A DNA stretch of 54,439 bases from an uncultured Clostridia bacterium (GCA_946491735.1 CAMLYK010000002.1:1-54439), one strand, 5' to 3'; positions 39,603 to 50,365 are shown, numbered from the stretch's first letter. Notes: generated by a model from the sequence alone, not told the origin. Numbers and translations are program-made.

Positions 39603-39680
39603 AAATATTCAAACATTTGTTCGACAAAACGCTTGACAAAATTTTTCATTATATGCTATTCTCAAATCAAAGAGGAAAAA

Positions 39681-41213
39681 ATGTTAGCAAAAATTTTGTC
39701 GTATGGACTGACTGGAATAAATGGATATCCAGTAGAAATTCAATTAGATGTCAACGCGGGTTTACCCGGCTACGATGTGGTAGGGCTTGCGGATACTGCA
39801 ATCAAAGAAAGTAAATCACGAGTAAAAGCAGCCATAAAAAATAGTGCATTTAATTATCCTATCAATAAAATAATTATTAATCTTGCACCTGCTGATACAA
39901 AAAAAGAAGGCAGTATGTATGATTTGCCTATTGCTCTTGGCATATTGGTAGCAGAAGAAATAATTACGAATAAATCATTAGAAAATTTTGTTGTGTTGGG
40001 AGAGTTGTCTTTAAATGGAGAAATTCGAAAATTAAATGGAATTTTGCCTATGCTAATTAGTGCAAAACAAATGGGCTTCAACAAGTTCATTATTCCAAAA
40101 GAAAATGCTATGGAGGCATCATTCATTGACAAAATTGAAGTCTATCCTGTGGAAACGCTAAAACAAGTAGTGGCTTTTTTGAAAGGCGAAATTGTCATTG
40201 AAAAAAATGATTGCAAGACCTTTGAATCCGCACTGAAAGAGCATGATTATAAACATGATTTTGCATATGTCAAAGGGCAAGCGAGTGCAAAGCGTGCAAT
40301 GGAGATAGCTGCTGCAGGTGGGCATAACATAATTCTGATTGGGCCACCAGGTGCGGGCAAAACAATGCTTGCAAAGTGTTTTCCATCAATTCTGCCAGAC
40401 TTGACGTTTGAAGAGAGCTTAGAAGTGACCAAAATTCACAGCGTTGCAGGCGTATTGGATCCAAAACAGGGGATAGTGGTTGAACGTCCATTCAGAAGTC
40501 CGCACCATACTGCAACTTTGATTGCTTTGACAGGTGGTGGGCAGAAGGCAAAACCGGGCGAAATCAGCCTGGCACATAATGGCGTGTTGTTCTTAGATGA
40601 AATGCCAGAATATGCTAGAAACACAATTGAAACTTTGCGTCAACCAATGGAAGACGGATATATCACAGTTGCTCGTAATGCAATGACAGTGCAATATCCT
40701 GCCAATTTTATTTTAGTGGCAAGTATGAATCCATGTCCATGTGGATATTACGGCAGTTCTACAAATCAATGTAAATGTACCGCCACAGCAATACATAATT
40801 ATTTGTCAAAAATCAGTGGTCCATTATTAGATCGAATTGACTTGCATATTGAGGTAGATAGCATTGACTATGAAGAACTAGCGCATTATGAATTGGAAGA
40901 ACCAAGTGTCGAAATCAAAAAACGAGTGAACAAAGCACGCGCAATCCAGTTAGAGAGATTCAAAGATAGCAAGATATATTCCAATTCAAAAATGAACGAA
41001 AAAGAATTCAAAAAGTATTGCTCACTTGACAAAGAATGTACCGATTTGTTGGAAATTGCGTTCAAGCGTTTTAATTTGACTGCACGTGCATACAATAGAA
41101 TTTTAAAAGTCGCTCGAACGATAGCCGATCTTGATGGCAAAGAGAATATAGAAAAGAAACATTTAATGGAAGCAATTCAATATCGCACATTAGATAAAAA
41201 ATATACGGTGTAA
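39681..41213 (+). CDS. YifB/ComM family Mg-chelatase-like AAA+ ATPase
   Basis: N-terminal Lon-protease-like domain, Walker A GPPGAGKT, and GVLFLDE. The start was moved to 39681, behind AGAGGA. The track's N-terminal extension overlaps rplS. Confidence 0.92.
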   Translation: MLAKILSYGLTGINGYPVEIQLDVNAGLPGYDVVGLADTAIKESKSRVKAAIKNSAFNYPINKIIINLAPADTKKEGSMYDLPIALGILVAEEIITNKSLENFVVLGELSLNGEIRKLNGILPMLISAKQMGFNKFIIPKENAMEASFIDKIEVYPVETLKQVVAFLKGEIVIEKNDCKTFESALKEHDYKHDFAYVKGQASAKRAMEIAAAGGHNIILIGPPGAGKTMLAKCFPSILPDLTFEESLEVTKIHSVAGVLDPKQGIVVERPFRSPHHTATLIALTGGGQKAKPGEISLAHNGVLFLDEMPEYARNTIETLRQPMEDGYITVARNAMTVQYPANFILVASMNPCPCGYYGSSTNQCKCTATAIHNYLSKISGPLLDRIDLHIEVDSIDYEELAHYELEEPSVEIKKRVNKARAIQLERFKDSKIYSNSKMNEKEFKKYCSLDKECTDLLEIAFKRFNLTARAYNRILKVARTIADLDGKENIEKKHLMEAIQYRTLDKKYTV

Positions 41214-41214
41214 T

Positions 41215-42297
41215 ATGACAATTGATGATAGAAATATAATTTGGTTAGATTTATTTGAATTTTTAACATATCAAAAAAGAACAAAGATTTTACAAGTATT
41301 TGAGAAGGGTAAAGATATCAAAGCTTCTTTTTTGTCTAATAAATATATTCATGATATTCTTACAGATGCTGAAATTACAAAAATGTCAAATATGTTAGAT
41401 AATCAAATTCTAGATAGATACATTTCACGATTTGAATCTGACAATATCATTATGATCACTATAAATGATGAAAGATATCCAAAATTATTGCGTGAAATAT
41501 CGTCACCTCCATTATGTCTATATTGCAAAGGCAACATTCAATTATTCAACACACCTTCAATTGCAGTAGTAGGAACTAGAAGGCCAACAGATTATGGCAT
41601 TGTTACCACAAAAGAATTTGTAAAAACTTTATCGCAAAATGGAGTCACAATTATTTCAGGATTAGCATCAGGGATTGATACAATAGCTCACAAGACTGCC
41701 CTTGAAAATGACGGTAAAACGATAGCTGTGCTTGCGGGTGGTCTATACCATATATATCCTGCAGTCAACCAATCATTAGCAAGAAAAATGACAGAAAACA
41801 ATTTGATTATAAGCGAAAACAGCCCTAATATATCTCCATTAGGATATTTTTTCCCAATTAGGAATAGAATTATAGCAGGACTTTCTAGTGGAGTTTTGAT
41901 ACCTGAAGCGGGGGTGAAAAGCGGGTCAATGCATACGGCAAAATATGCAGATGAATTTAATAGAGAAGTTTTTTCAATACCAGGCAAAATCTCCTCTCCT
42001 ATGTCGGAAGGTACAAATTCTTTGATTAAAGATTTGAAAGGAGTGATGACACTTTCCCCTTATGAAATATTACAAGCGTTACATATAGACACGAATAAAA
42101 ATGAAAAAAATATTGGAATTCAACTTGACATTGAAGCACAAAGTATATTAAATTATATCCAGACTGAAAAAAAGACATTCCAAGAAATAGCGGATTATAC
42201 CAAGATACCTGCGAGCGAATTAAATTCTATTTTATTAGAACTTGAAATGAATGGCTTAGTCACAAAATTAGCTAATAACAGTTATATAAAATCGTAG
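41215..42297 (+). CDS. dprA: DNA processing protein DprA (Smf)
   Basis: SPPLCLYCKGN, VGTRRPTDYG and SGLASGIDT motifs, plus a C-terminal winged-helix domain. Confidence 0.92.
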   Translation: MTIDDRNIIWLDLFEFLTYQKRTKILQVFEKGKDIKASFLSNKYIHDILTDAEITKMSNMLDNQILDRYISRFESDNIIMITINDERYPKLLREISSPPLCLYCKGNIQLFNTPSIAVVGTRRPTDYGIVTTKEFVKTLSQNGVTIISGLASGIDTIAHKTALENDGKTIAVLAGGLYHIYPAVNQSLARKMTENNLIISENSPNISPLGYFFPIRNRIIAGLSSGVLIPEAGVKSGSMHTAKYADEFNREVFSIPGKISSPMSEGTNSLIKDLKGVMTLSPYEILQALHIDTNKNEKNIGIQLDIEAQSILNYIQTEKKTFQEIADYTKIPASELNSILLELEMNGLVTKLANNSYIKS

Positions 42298-42403
42298 ATA
42301 TTTCTTAAACCTTATGTTAAAAATCTAATATCAATAAATTTATTTTAATCTATTATATATTGTGATAAATAACATATTTTAAATATTATGAATAAGGAGC
42401 AGT

Positions 42404-44482
42404 ATGAAAATTGTCTTTATAGAAGGACCGGGTAAGCGCGATACAATCAAAAAATATTTAGGACCAGAATATATTGTGTATCCTACTAAAGGACACATTA
42501 GAGATTTGCCTGCTAAAAGTTTTGCAATCAATATTGATCACGGATATGAACCAACTTATGAAATCATACCAGAAAAAAAAGCATTAGTTGAAGATTTGAA
42601 AAAACGTGCGCAAAAAGCAGATGCCATATATCTTGCGACCGACCCAGATAGAGAGGGGGAAGCTATAGCTTGGCATTTGGCAACTATACTAAACATTGAT
42701 AAAGATGCTTTAGTCAGAACCGCTTTCAATGAAATAAGCAAAAAAGCAATTCAGGCTAGTATTGCCAATCCAAAACCTATTAACTATGATTTGGTCAACG
42801 CACAACAAGGTAGACGTGTTTTAGATAGAATAATGGGTTACAAACTTAGTCCACTTTTGTCACAAAAGATTCATAAAGTCCTCAGCGCAGGTCGTGTGCA
42901 ATCTGTCACTTTAAAATTAGTGGTAGATAGAGAAAAGGCAATAAAATCATTTGTTCCAGTTGAATATTGGAATATTAATGCTGAACTCAAAAAGAATGAT
43001 CAAAAATTCAAAGCAGAATTGATTCAATATAAAGACAAAAAGATAGAGATTCCAAATAAAGATGCTGTTGATAAAATATTAGGACAGATTGAAAATGCAA
43101 AATATGTGGTATCAGAAGTCAAAAGAGCAGTGACATATTCAAAACCACCTGCTCCATATATAACAAGTAGTTTACAACAAGACGCTTTGTCAAAATTGAA
43201 AATGACTTTAAATGCATATACAAAATGCGTGCAATCTCTATATGAAGGTGTAATTATTCAAGGTGAAGGGAAAACTGCACTTGTAACATACATTCGTACC
43301 GATTCCACAAGAGTCAGCCTTGATGCACAATTCATGGCAAAGGATTATATTCTTAACAACTATGGAGAATCATATGCACCAAAAAAATTCAATGAATTTT
43401 CATCAAAAGAAAATGCTCAAGACGCGCACGAGGCCATTCGACCAATAAACTTAAAATATACACCAGAATATTTGAAAGGTAAAATTGACGAACAATATTT
43501 AAAGTTATATACAATGATTTTCAATCGCTTTATTGCTAGCCAAATGTCTTATGCTCAATATGATAGTTTAACTGTCGATATCCTTGCCAATGAATATAAA
43601 TTTAGAGCCAGTGGCAAAGCACTGATATTCGATGGTTATACAAAAGTCATAAAACCTCAAGAGGACGATAAAAATGGAATTAATATACCTGATTTGGTCG
43701 AAAATGAAGAGGTTATTAAAGACAAAATTGTGACTGAACAAAAATTCACTCGTCCACCTAGCCGATTCACAGAATCTACTCTTATCAAAGAGATGGAAGT
43801 GCAGGGAATAGGTAGACCTGCAACTTATGCAGCTACTATTATGACATTGTTTAATAGAAATTATATCAAAACAGAGAAAAAAGTCCTCGTACCAACAGAA
43901 TTAGGGGTACAAGTCACAGAATATTTAGAAGAATATTTCAAAAATGTAATGGATATCAAATTTACTGCTGATATGGAAAAACAACTAGATGATGTTGAAT
44001 TGGGCAAAGTAAAATGGCAAGACATTGTAGATAAATTTTATCAAGATTTTAGCAAACAACTCGATTATGCTAGCAAGCAAGCTGGAATAACCCTACAAAA
44101 ATCCGAACCAATTCCAAGTGATATCAAATGTGATAAATGCGGTGCTATGATGGTATATCGTGATGGCAAATTTGGAAAGTTTTTAGCGTGTTCAAACTAT
44201 CCGCAATGCAAAAATACAAAAAATATCAATTCAATCAAATTTGATATAAAAGAAACAGGTATTTGTCCAAAATGTGGCGGAACTGTTGAAGCAAAATATA
44301 GCAAACGTGGGAAATTGTTCTTTGGTTGCACAAACTATCCTAAATGTGATTATATGTCATGGGATTTGCCAATTAATAAAAAATGTCCAAAATGTGGAAG
44401 TGGGCTATTCAAAAAATTCAATAAAAATGGCACAACAACAATTATCTGCAACAACAAAGGATGCACTTATGTTAAAGATTAA
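42404..44482 (+). CDS. topA: DNA topoisomerase I
   Basis: TOPRIM domain (LATDPDREGEAI), catalytic region (YIRTDS) and three C-terminal C4 zinc ribbons. Confidence 0.96.
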   Translation: MKIVFIEGPGKRDTIKKYLGPEYIVYPTKGHIRDLPAKSFAINIDHGYEPTYEIIPEKKALVEDLKKRAQKADAIYLATDPDREGEAIAWHLATILNIDKDALVRTAFNEISKKAIQASIANPKPINYDLVNAQQGRRVLDRIMGYKLSPLLSQKIHKVLSAGRVQSVTLKLVVDREKAIKSFVPVEYWNINAELKKNDQKFKAELIQYKDKKIEIPNKDAVDKILGQIENAKYVVSEVKRAVTYSKPPAPYITSSLQQDALSKLKMTLNAYTKCVQSLYEGVIIQGEGKTALVTYIRTDSTRVSLDAQFMAKDYILNNYGESYAPKKFNEFSSKENAQDAHEAIRPINLKYTPEYLKGKIDEQYLKLYTMIFNRFIASQMSYAQYDSLTVDILANEYKFRASGKALIFDGYTKVIKPQEDDKNGINIPDLVENEEVIKDKIVTEQKFTRPPSRFTESTLIKEMEVQGIGRPATYAATIMTLFNRNYIKTEKKVLVPTELGVQVTEYLEEYFKNVMDIKFTADMEKQLDDVELGKVKWQDIVDKFYQDFSKQLDYASKQAGITLQKSEPIPSDIKCDKCGAMMVYRDGKFGKFLACSNYPQCKNTKNINSIKFDIKETGICPKCGGTVEAKYSKRGKLFFGCTNYPKCDYMSWDLPINKKCPKCGSGLFKKFNKNGTTTIICNNKGCTYVKD

Positions 44483-45776
44483 TATAATAGGTGCAGGTTT
44501 GGCGGGATCAGAGGCGGCTTTGTATTTGGCTAACAAGGGATACAAAGTAAATCTATATGAAATGAAAGATAAAAAAATGTCACCTGCTCATCATTCAAAA
44601 AACTTTGCTGAAATTGTATGTAGCAACTCACTCAAAAGTGACGATGAAAACACTGCATCTGGTGTATTAAAAAGAGAACTTACACTATTAGGAAGTACTT
44701 TGATTGATGTTGCTTATCAAAACAGAGTGCCGGCAGGTCAGGCTTTGGCAGTAGATAGAGATGCCTTTTCAAACGAGATTACACGTCTAATAAAGGAAAA
44801 CAAAAATATTACAATTTATTCAGAAGAGGTATCAGAATTTGAAAAAGATGCAATAACAATTGTATCAACTGGACCTCTGACTTCTGACAAAATGTGCCAA
44901 GCATTAAAATCAAAGATTGGTCAAGATTTTTTGTATTTTTACGATGCTGCAGCACCAATAGTGACGGCTGAATCAATAGACATGAATAATGCTTTCTTTG
45001 GTTCTAGATATAATAAAGGTGAAGATGACTATATCAATTGTCCAATGACTAAGGATGAATATATTACATTTTATAATGAACTAATCAATGCCAAAACAGT
45101 AGAATTACATGATTTTGAAAAAAATAATATTTTTGAAAGTTGTATGCCTATTGAAATTTTAGCAAAACGTGGTGTTGACGCAATAAGATTCGGTCCGCTA
45201 AAACCGGTCGGACTCACTGATCCGCGAAAAAAAGACAAACCATATGCTGTCGTTCAGTTGAGAAAAGAAAATAAATGTGCTACAATATATAACATAGTTG
45301 GCTTTCAGACAAATCTAACTTTTCCAGAACAAAAGCGTGTGTTCAGTTTAATTCCAGCCTTGAAGAATGCGGAATTCATGCGTTATGGTGTCATGCATAC
45401 AAATAATTTTGTCAATTTCCCAAAAGTTTTAGATGAGTATTCAAGATTAAAAATTGACAATAATATATTCATAGCAGGACAACTAAGCGGAGTAGAAGGT
45501 TATGTTGAGAGCATCGCCAGTGGGCTATATTGCGCTATCAATGTGATTCGAATGCTAAAAAATCAAGAATTGATCACTTTTAGTGCAGATACGATAATTG
45601 GCGGACTATATAATTATCTTACCAATGCGAATACAGACAATTTTCAACCAATCAATGCCAATTTTGGCATATTAAATCCAATTGATATAAAGAACAAGAA
45701 TGAAAGGCATATTGCTTTTAGAATACGTGCTATTGATGAGATAAAAAACAAATTAAATATGATAAATAAGGAGTAA
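44469..45776 (+). CDS. trmFO: Methylenetetrahydrofolate--tRNA-(uracil54-C5)-methyltransferase TrmFO (Gid)
   Basis: FAD-binding motif [13 protein letters not shown]. It follows topA, as in Bacillus. The start was moved to the ATG at 44469, because the track extension lies inside topA. Confidence 0.92.
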   Translation: MLKINIIGAGLAGSEAALYLANKGYKVNLYEMKDKKMSPAHHSKNFAEIVCSNSLKSDDENTASGVLKRELTLLGSTLIDVAYQNRVPAGQALAVDRDAFSNEITRLIKENKNITIYSEEVSEFEKDAITIVSTGPLTSDKMCQALKSKIGQDFLYFYDAAAPIVTAESIDMNNAFFGSRYNKGEDDYINCPMTKDEYITFYNELINAKTVELHDFEKNNIFESCMPIEILAKRGVDAIRFGPLKPVGLTDPRKKDKPYAVVQLRKENKCATIYNIVGFQTNLTFPEQKRVFSLIPALKNAEFMRYGVMHTNNFVNFPKVLDEYSRLKIDNNIFIAGQLSGVEGYVESIASGLYCAINVIRMLKNQELITFSADTIIGGLYNYLTNANTDNFQPINANFGILNPIDIKNKNERHIAFRIRAIDEIKNKLNMINKE

Positions 45777-45778
45777 GA

Positions 45779-46312
45779 ATGGAACAGTTTAGAGGTACGA
45801 CAATAGTAGCAGTCAAAAAGGATGGAAAAACAGTCGTAGCAGGCGATGGTCAAGTGACTATGGGACAATCTGTAATATTAAAAGGCAGTGCACACAAAGT
45901 GCGAAGATTGTTCGATGGTAAAGTTGTAGTTGGATTCGCTGGTGGCACTGCAGATGCTTTTGCTATGTGTGAAGAATTTGAAAAAATGTTAAATAAATAT
46001 AGTGGCAGTTTGATGAGGAGTGCAGTGGAATTTGCAAAAAATATTCGAAATGGTGCACGTTCAAATGCCGAAGCAATGATGATTGTTGCGGACAAAGATA
46101 CATTATTGATTCTCACAAGCGTCGGCGATGTAATAGAGCCTGATGATGGTATTTGCGCAATTGGCAGTGGCGGAAACTATGCACTTGCAGCAGCAAAAGC
46201 TTTATTAAAAAATACTAAATTGGATGCAAAAGCCATAGCTACAAAAGCAATGGAAATAGCATCTGATATTTGTGTTTTCACAAATTCAAATTATGTGATT
46301 GAAGAGGTGTAA
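45779..46312 (+). CDS. hslV: ATP-dependent protease subunit HslV
   Basis: [23 protein letters not shown]-terminus, which is typical of HslV/ClpQ. Confidence 0.94.
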   Translation: MEQFRGTTIVAVKKDGKTVVAGDGQVTMGQSVILKGSAHKVRRLFDGKVVVGFAGGTADAFAMCEEFEKMLNKYSGSLMRSAVEFAKNIRNGARSNAEAMMIVADKDTLLILTSVGDVIEPDDGICAIGSGGNYALAAAKALLKNTKLDAKAIATKAMEIASDICVFTNSNYVIEEV

Positions 46313-46313
46313 T

Positions 46314-47621
46314 ATGATGACATGTAAAGAAATTGTAAAAAATTTGGATGCATATATTGTAGGTCAATCTAAAGCAAAACGTGCAGTTGCTATTGCACTT
46401 CGCAATAGATATAGAAGGAGTAAATTGCCAAAGGAATTGAAAGAAGAGATCACTCCTAAAAATATCATATTAAAGGGTCCTACAGGTGTAGGTAAGACTG
46501 AAATTGCACGTAGACTAGCAAAACTTGTCAATGCACCGTTTGTGAAAGTTGAAGCGACAAAATATACTGAAGTAGGTTATGTCGGTCGTGATGTAGAGAG
46601 CATGGTCAGAGATCTAGTGGAGGCATCTGTTAGAATTGTTAAACAGGAACAAACTGATAAAATCAAAGACAAAGCAAGCGTGGTTGTAGACAAAAAAATC
46701 ACAGATATACTATATCCATTAAAAAAGGCTAATAAACCAGAAGATGTTGATACAGAAAAATTTAGAGAAAAGTTTTATGAAGATTACAAAAATGGCGTTT
46801 ACAACAATGACACAATTGATATTGATGTAAAAGAGCAACCAAAACAAATTAATCTTCTTGACGGTGGCGGCGGAGAGATCAACATTGGTCAAATTATGGG
46901 AGGCATGTTCAAAGGTCCTAGAAAAATGAAAAAAATGACGGTTGAACGTGCTAAAGAGATTTTGCTAGAAGAAGAATGTGAGAAATTGATTGATCCTGAT
47001 TCTTTGAATAAAGAAGCAATATTTAGAGCAGAGCAAGAGGGCATCATCTTTATTGATGAAATTGATAAGATCGCAGCAAAGAAAAATAATGGTCAAGATG
47101 TATCTCGTGAAGGTGTGCAAAGAGATATCCTACCAATTGTTGAAGGTAGCGTAGTAAATACCAAATATGGTGTAGTTCACACTGACTATATACTGTTTAT
47201 TGCAGCTGGGGCATTCCACATCTCAAGTGTCAGTGACTTGATTCCTGAATTGCAAGGTCGTTTCCCAATACAAGTGGAACTTGATAGTCTAGACAAAGAA
47301 GATTTCAAGAAAATACTGACCATACCTCAAAATGCAATTACAACACAATATCAAGAATTGTTAAAAATTGATAACATTGACCTAGAATTCACTGATGACG
47401 CTATTGATGCTATCGCTGAATTGGCAAAGGATGAAAACGACACAAACGAAAATATCGGTGCTAGAAGATTGCAAACAATAATGGAATTGCTTTTAGAAGA
47501 CATTTCATTCAATGCCAGTGATGAAAATCCTATGGTAAAAGTTAAAATTGATAAACCGTTTGTTTTGAACAGTATGAAAGAATTGATTCATACACATGAT
47601 TTTAAGAAATATGTCTTATAA
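46314..47621 (+). CDS. hslU: ATP-dependent protease ATPase subunit HslU
   Basis: LDAYIVGQSKAKRAVAIALRNRYRR, Walker A GPTGVGKTE, and IIFIDEIDK. The start was moved to 46314. Confidence 0.95.
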   Translation: MMTCKEIVKNLDAYIVGQSKAKRAVAIALRNRYRRSKLPKELKEEITPKNIILKGPTGVGKTEIARRLAKLVNAPFVKVEATKYTEVGYVGRDVESMVRDLVEASVRIVKQEQTDKIKDKASVVVDKKITDILYPLKKANKPEDVDTEKFREKFYEDYKNGVYNNDTIDIDVKEQPKQINLLDGGGGEINIGQIMGGMFKGPRKMKKMTVERAKEILLEEECEKLIDPDSLNKEAIFRAEQEGIIFIDEIDKIAAKKNNGQDVSREGVQRDILPIVEGSVVNTKYGVVHTDYILFIAAGAFHISSVSDLIPELQGRFPIQVELDSLDKEDFKKILTIPQNAITTQYQELLKIDNIDLEFTDDAIDAIAELAKDENDTNENIGARRLQTIMELLLEDISFNASDENPMVKVKIDKPFVLNSMKELIHTHDFKKYVL

Positions 47622-48318
47622 AATATCCAACAATCAATTTGAATATCTACAACGATTTATTCAAGGTCTTGATGATGAACAGTTGAATAAATTGTTTTCT
47701 GCTCACATCATTATTTTTGGCGTGGGTGGTGTAGGTAGTGCCTTGGCTCAATTCTTGATCAGATCTGGAATACAAAATTTGGACATAGTTGATTTTGATA
47801 AAGTTGATATAACAAATCTCAATAGGCAACTATTGGCATTTCAATCAAATATTGGGCAAATGAAGGTGGATGTATTAAAAGATCAATTGCTAGATATTAA
47901 TCCCAATTTGAATATCAACATTTTTCCGTTTAAATTAGATGAAAATACAATTAATAATTTCAAGTTGTCTGAATATGACATCATTCTAGATTGTATTGAT
48001 GACATTAAAGCGAAAAAATTGCTTATTAAGTCAGCTTATGAACAAAAAATCTATATTATATCAGCTATGGGAGCAGGGAAAAGGTATATTGATATACCAA
48101 AATTTGAAATTGTCGATATAAAGAAAACTTCGTACGATCCTCTCGCTAAAATTATAAGAAAGTTCTGCAATCGGGAATGTATAAATAAATTAGATGTATG
48201 TTATACTAAACAAAAGGTAGATAAAATTAATTGCCAAAATATTTTCAGTGTGGTATACTATCCAGTGAATATGGCAACCGTAATTTGTGCTAAAGTAATT
48301 AATAAATTGATAGTTTAA
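47596..48318 (+). CDS. tcdA: tRNA threonylcarbamoyladenosine dehydratase (TcdA; ThiF/MoeB family)
   Basis: Rossmann motif IIIFGVGGVGS and DFDKVDITNLNRQ. The start is ambiguous (47596 or the ATG at 47611). It overlaps the end of hslU. Confidence 0.8.
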   Translation: MILRNMSYKISNNQFEYLQRFIQGLDDEQLNKLFSAHIIIFGVGGVGSALAQFLIRSGIQNLDIVDFDKVDITNLNRQLLAFQSNIGQMKVDVLKDQLLDINPNLNINIFPFKLDENTINNFKLSEYDIILDCIDDIKAKKLLIKSAYEQKIYIISAMGAGKRYIDIPKFEIVDIKKTSYDPLAKIIRKFCNRECINKLDVCYTKQKVDKINCQNIFSVVYYPVNMATVICAKVINKLIV

Positions 48319-48366
48319 ATCATATATTATTAAATCATTTCAACTTTGATAAATAAAGGAGATTTT

Positions 48367-48693
48367 ATGGAAAGTATTAATACAACTAATTTCGATGAAA
48401 TAATCAATGGAGAGGATGTCACATTAGTAGACTTTTCTGCTACGTGGTGTATGCCATGCAGAATGTTAAAGCCAATTTTGGAACGAGTGGAAGACAAATT
48501 TGACGATGTATACTTTTACAATTTAGATATTGACGAGAGTGAGGAGATTGCAAAACGTTATCGTATTTTTAGTGTTCCAACAATCGTGTGCTTCCGATCT
48601 GGTAAAAAACTTGATAGTATGGTTGGACTCAATTCATATGATGATGTCGTAGCGTTTATTGATAGATGCAGAAATATGGAAATTGAAGATTAG
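48367..48693 (+). CDS. trxA: Thioredoxin with a variant WCMPC active site
   Basis: The thioredoxin fold sequence LVDFSATWCMPCRMLKP is followed by VPT (the cis-Pro). The start was moved to 48367, behind AAAGGAG. Confidence 0.85.
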   Translation: MESINTTNFDEIINGEDVTLVDFSATWCMPCRMLKPILERVEDKFDDVYFYNLDIDESEEIAKRYRIFSVPTIVCFRSGKKLDSMVGLNSYDDVVAFIDRCRNMEIED

Positions 48694-48717
48694 TGCTTAG
48701 GCACTTTCTTTTTTTGT
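48692..48717 (+). terminator. Rho-independent terminator after the thioredoxin gene
   Basis: Stem AGTGC/GCACT with loop TTAG, then TTCTTTTTTT. Confidence 0.6.
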
Positions 48718-48810
48718 TTTAATCATTAATTTGAACATTAGTCATTAATTAAAAGATTTTGCTATTGACAAATTAATCATATTATGATAAATTTTAAATG
48801 GAGAAAAACT

Positions 48811-50004
48811 ATGGAAAAAATTTATTTGGATAATGCAGCCACAACTCCATTAGGGGCAGAAGCGTTGAATGCAATGATGCCTGCATTCAATGAAGTTTAT
48901 GGCAACACTTCTTCAATTCATTCTTTTGGTAGAATGGCGTCAGATTTAGTAGATCAGAGTAGGGATAAAATTGCAGAATCTATCAATGCTAAATCTAACG
49001 AAATATATTTTACTTCAAGTGGTAGTGAGGCTAACACTTGGGCAATAATTGGACTTGCAAGTGCAAATAGATTACACGGCAATCATATAATTACAACAAA
49101 GATAGAGCATCAATCTACATTAAATGCGTGCAAATATCTTGAACAAAACGGTTATGAAGTCACTTATTTGAACGTAGATAAAAATGGATTCATTAGATTC
49201 ACTGAATTGTTGAGTGCAATCAAATCCAATACAATATTAGTGTCAATTATTGCAGCTAATAATGAGATTGGTACCATACAAAATCTAAAAGCAATTGCTC
49301 AAACAGTACATGAAAAGGGTGCGATTTTCCATACAGATGCCGTTCAACTATATGGAAATATGGATATTGATGTGCAAGATATTGGAATTGATGCTATGAC
49401 AATTTCTGCACATAAAATTTACGGGCCAAAAGGAGTTGGTTGCCTTTATTTAAATAACAAATATAGAATAGACAATCTAATTTTTGGCGGAAATCAAGAA
49501 CGTGGCAAACGTGGTGGTACTACAAACACAGCTGGAATTTTAGGTTTTGCAAAAGCCAGTGAAATTGCAATTCGTGACATGCGTGCCAATAATCACAAAT
49601 TGAGATTGTTGAGTGAATATTTTATATCTCAACTGACAGCAACTGTTGAAAATATTGTAATCAATGCAAATATCAGACAGAAGTTACCTAATATCATATC
49701 TGTGACATTTACTGGTGTAGATGGCGAAAGTTTGCTTACTAAACTGGATATGGCAGGAATAGCAGTTTCAACAGGCAGTGCATGTACAAGCAATAGTTTG
49801 ACTGTTTCGCATGTCATGACTGCAATCGGACTCAACAATGACGACGCTCGCAGTACCATCAGATTCAGCTTAGGGAAAAACAATTCGTATGAAGAGTTAG
49901 ATATTGTAGTTTCGAACGTTAAACGTTGTGTTGATGAACTCCGTGCTTACTCCTCAACTTATGGAATGAAGACGAGGAAGAGAAAGGGGGACAAAAATGT
50001 ATAG
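48811..50004 (+). CDS. Cysteine desulfurase (NifS/IscS class I)
   Basis: IYLDNAATTP N-terminus, PLP lysine in SAHKIYGPKG, and catalytic Cys in GSACTS. The start was moved to 48811. Confidence 0.92.
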   Translation: MEKIYLDNAATTPLGAEALNAMMPAFNEVYGNTSSIHSFGRMASDLVDQSRDKIAESINAKSNEIYFTSSGSEANTWAIIGLASANRLHGNHIITTKIEHQSTLNACKYLEQNGYEVTYLNVDKNGFIRFTELLSAIKSNTILVSIIAANNEIGTIQNLKAIAQTVHEKGAIFHTDAVQLYGNMDIDVQDIGIDAMTISAHKIYGPKGVGCLYLNNKYRIDNLIFGGNQERGKRGGTTNTAGILGFAKASEIAIRDMRANNHKLRLLSEYFISQLTATVENIVINANIRQKLPNIISVTFTGVDGESLLTKLDMAGIAVSTGSACTSNSLTVSHVMTAIGLNNDDARSTIRFSLGKNNSYEELDIVVSNVKRCVDELRAYSSTYGMKTRKRKGDKNV

Positions 50005-50365
50005 TAAAGTTGTATTAAATTTGTTCAATAATCCTATAAATGCGGGTAGAATATCAAAACCAGATGGTATTGCAGACCTTTACAATTCTGATAAGACTGC
50101 ACATGTTGAATTTTCATTGAGAATTGACGCGGGCATGATAATTGAATGTAAGTTCAGAGCTCAAGCCAATCCGTATATTGTTGCAATTTGCTCTACGATG
50201 ACAGAGATGGTACAAAACAAAATGATTGAAATGCTTTTCTTAGACCCGTACACAATTATGACCACACTCGGCGATGAGCAACCTGTTGACATCAATTTCT
50301 GTATTGATTGTATGAAAATGGCAGTTCAAGATTACAAGGACAAATTAGAGAAAATGAAAAAATAA
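49997..50365 (+). CDS. IscU/NifU-like protein with a degenerate cluster-ligand set
   Basis: 122 aa, with the IscU-like N-terminus MYSKVVLNLFNNPINAG. It overlaps nifS by 8 nt and has an AAAGGGGGA RBS. See the finding for the missing cysteines. Confidence 0.75.
   Translation: MYSKVVLNLFNNPINAGRISKPDGIADLYNSDKTAHVEFSLRIDAGMIIECKFRAQANPYIVAICSTMTEMVQNKMIEMLFLDPYTIMTTLGDEQPVDINFCIDCMKMAVQDYKDKLEKMKK

Noticed and set aside
39375-39680. N-terminal 102-aa extension of the yifB/comM ORF, which the track gives as 612 aa
   Set aside because: The extension overlaps rplS in another frame and crosses the rplS terminator. The conserved YifB N-terminus (MLAKILSYGLTG) begins at the ATG at 39681, behind AGAGGA.
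44274-44468. N-terminal extension of the trmFO ORF
   Set aside because: It lies inside the topA zinc-ribbon region in another frame. The FAD-binding N-terminus starts at the ATG at 44469.
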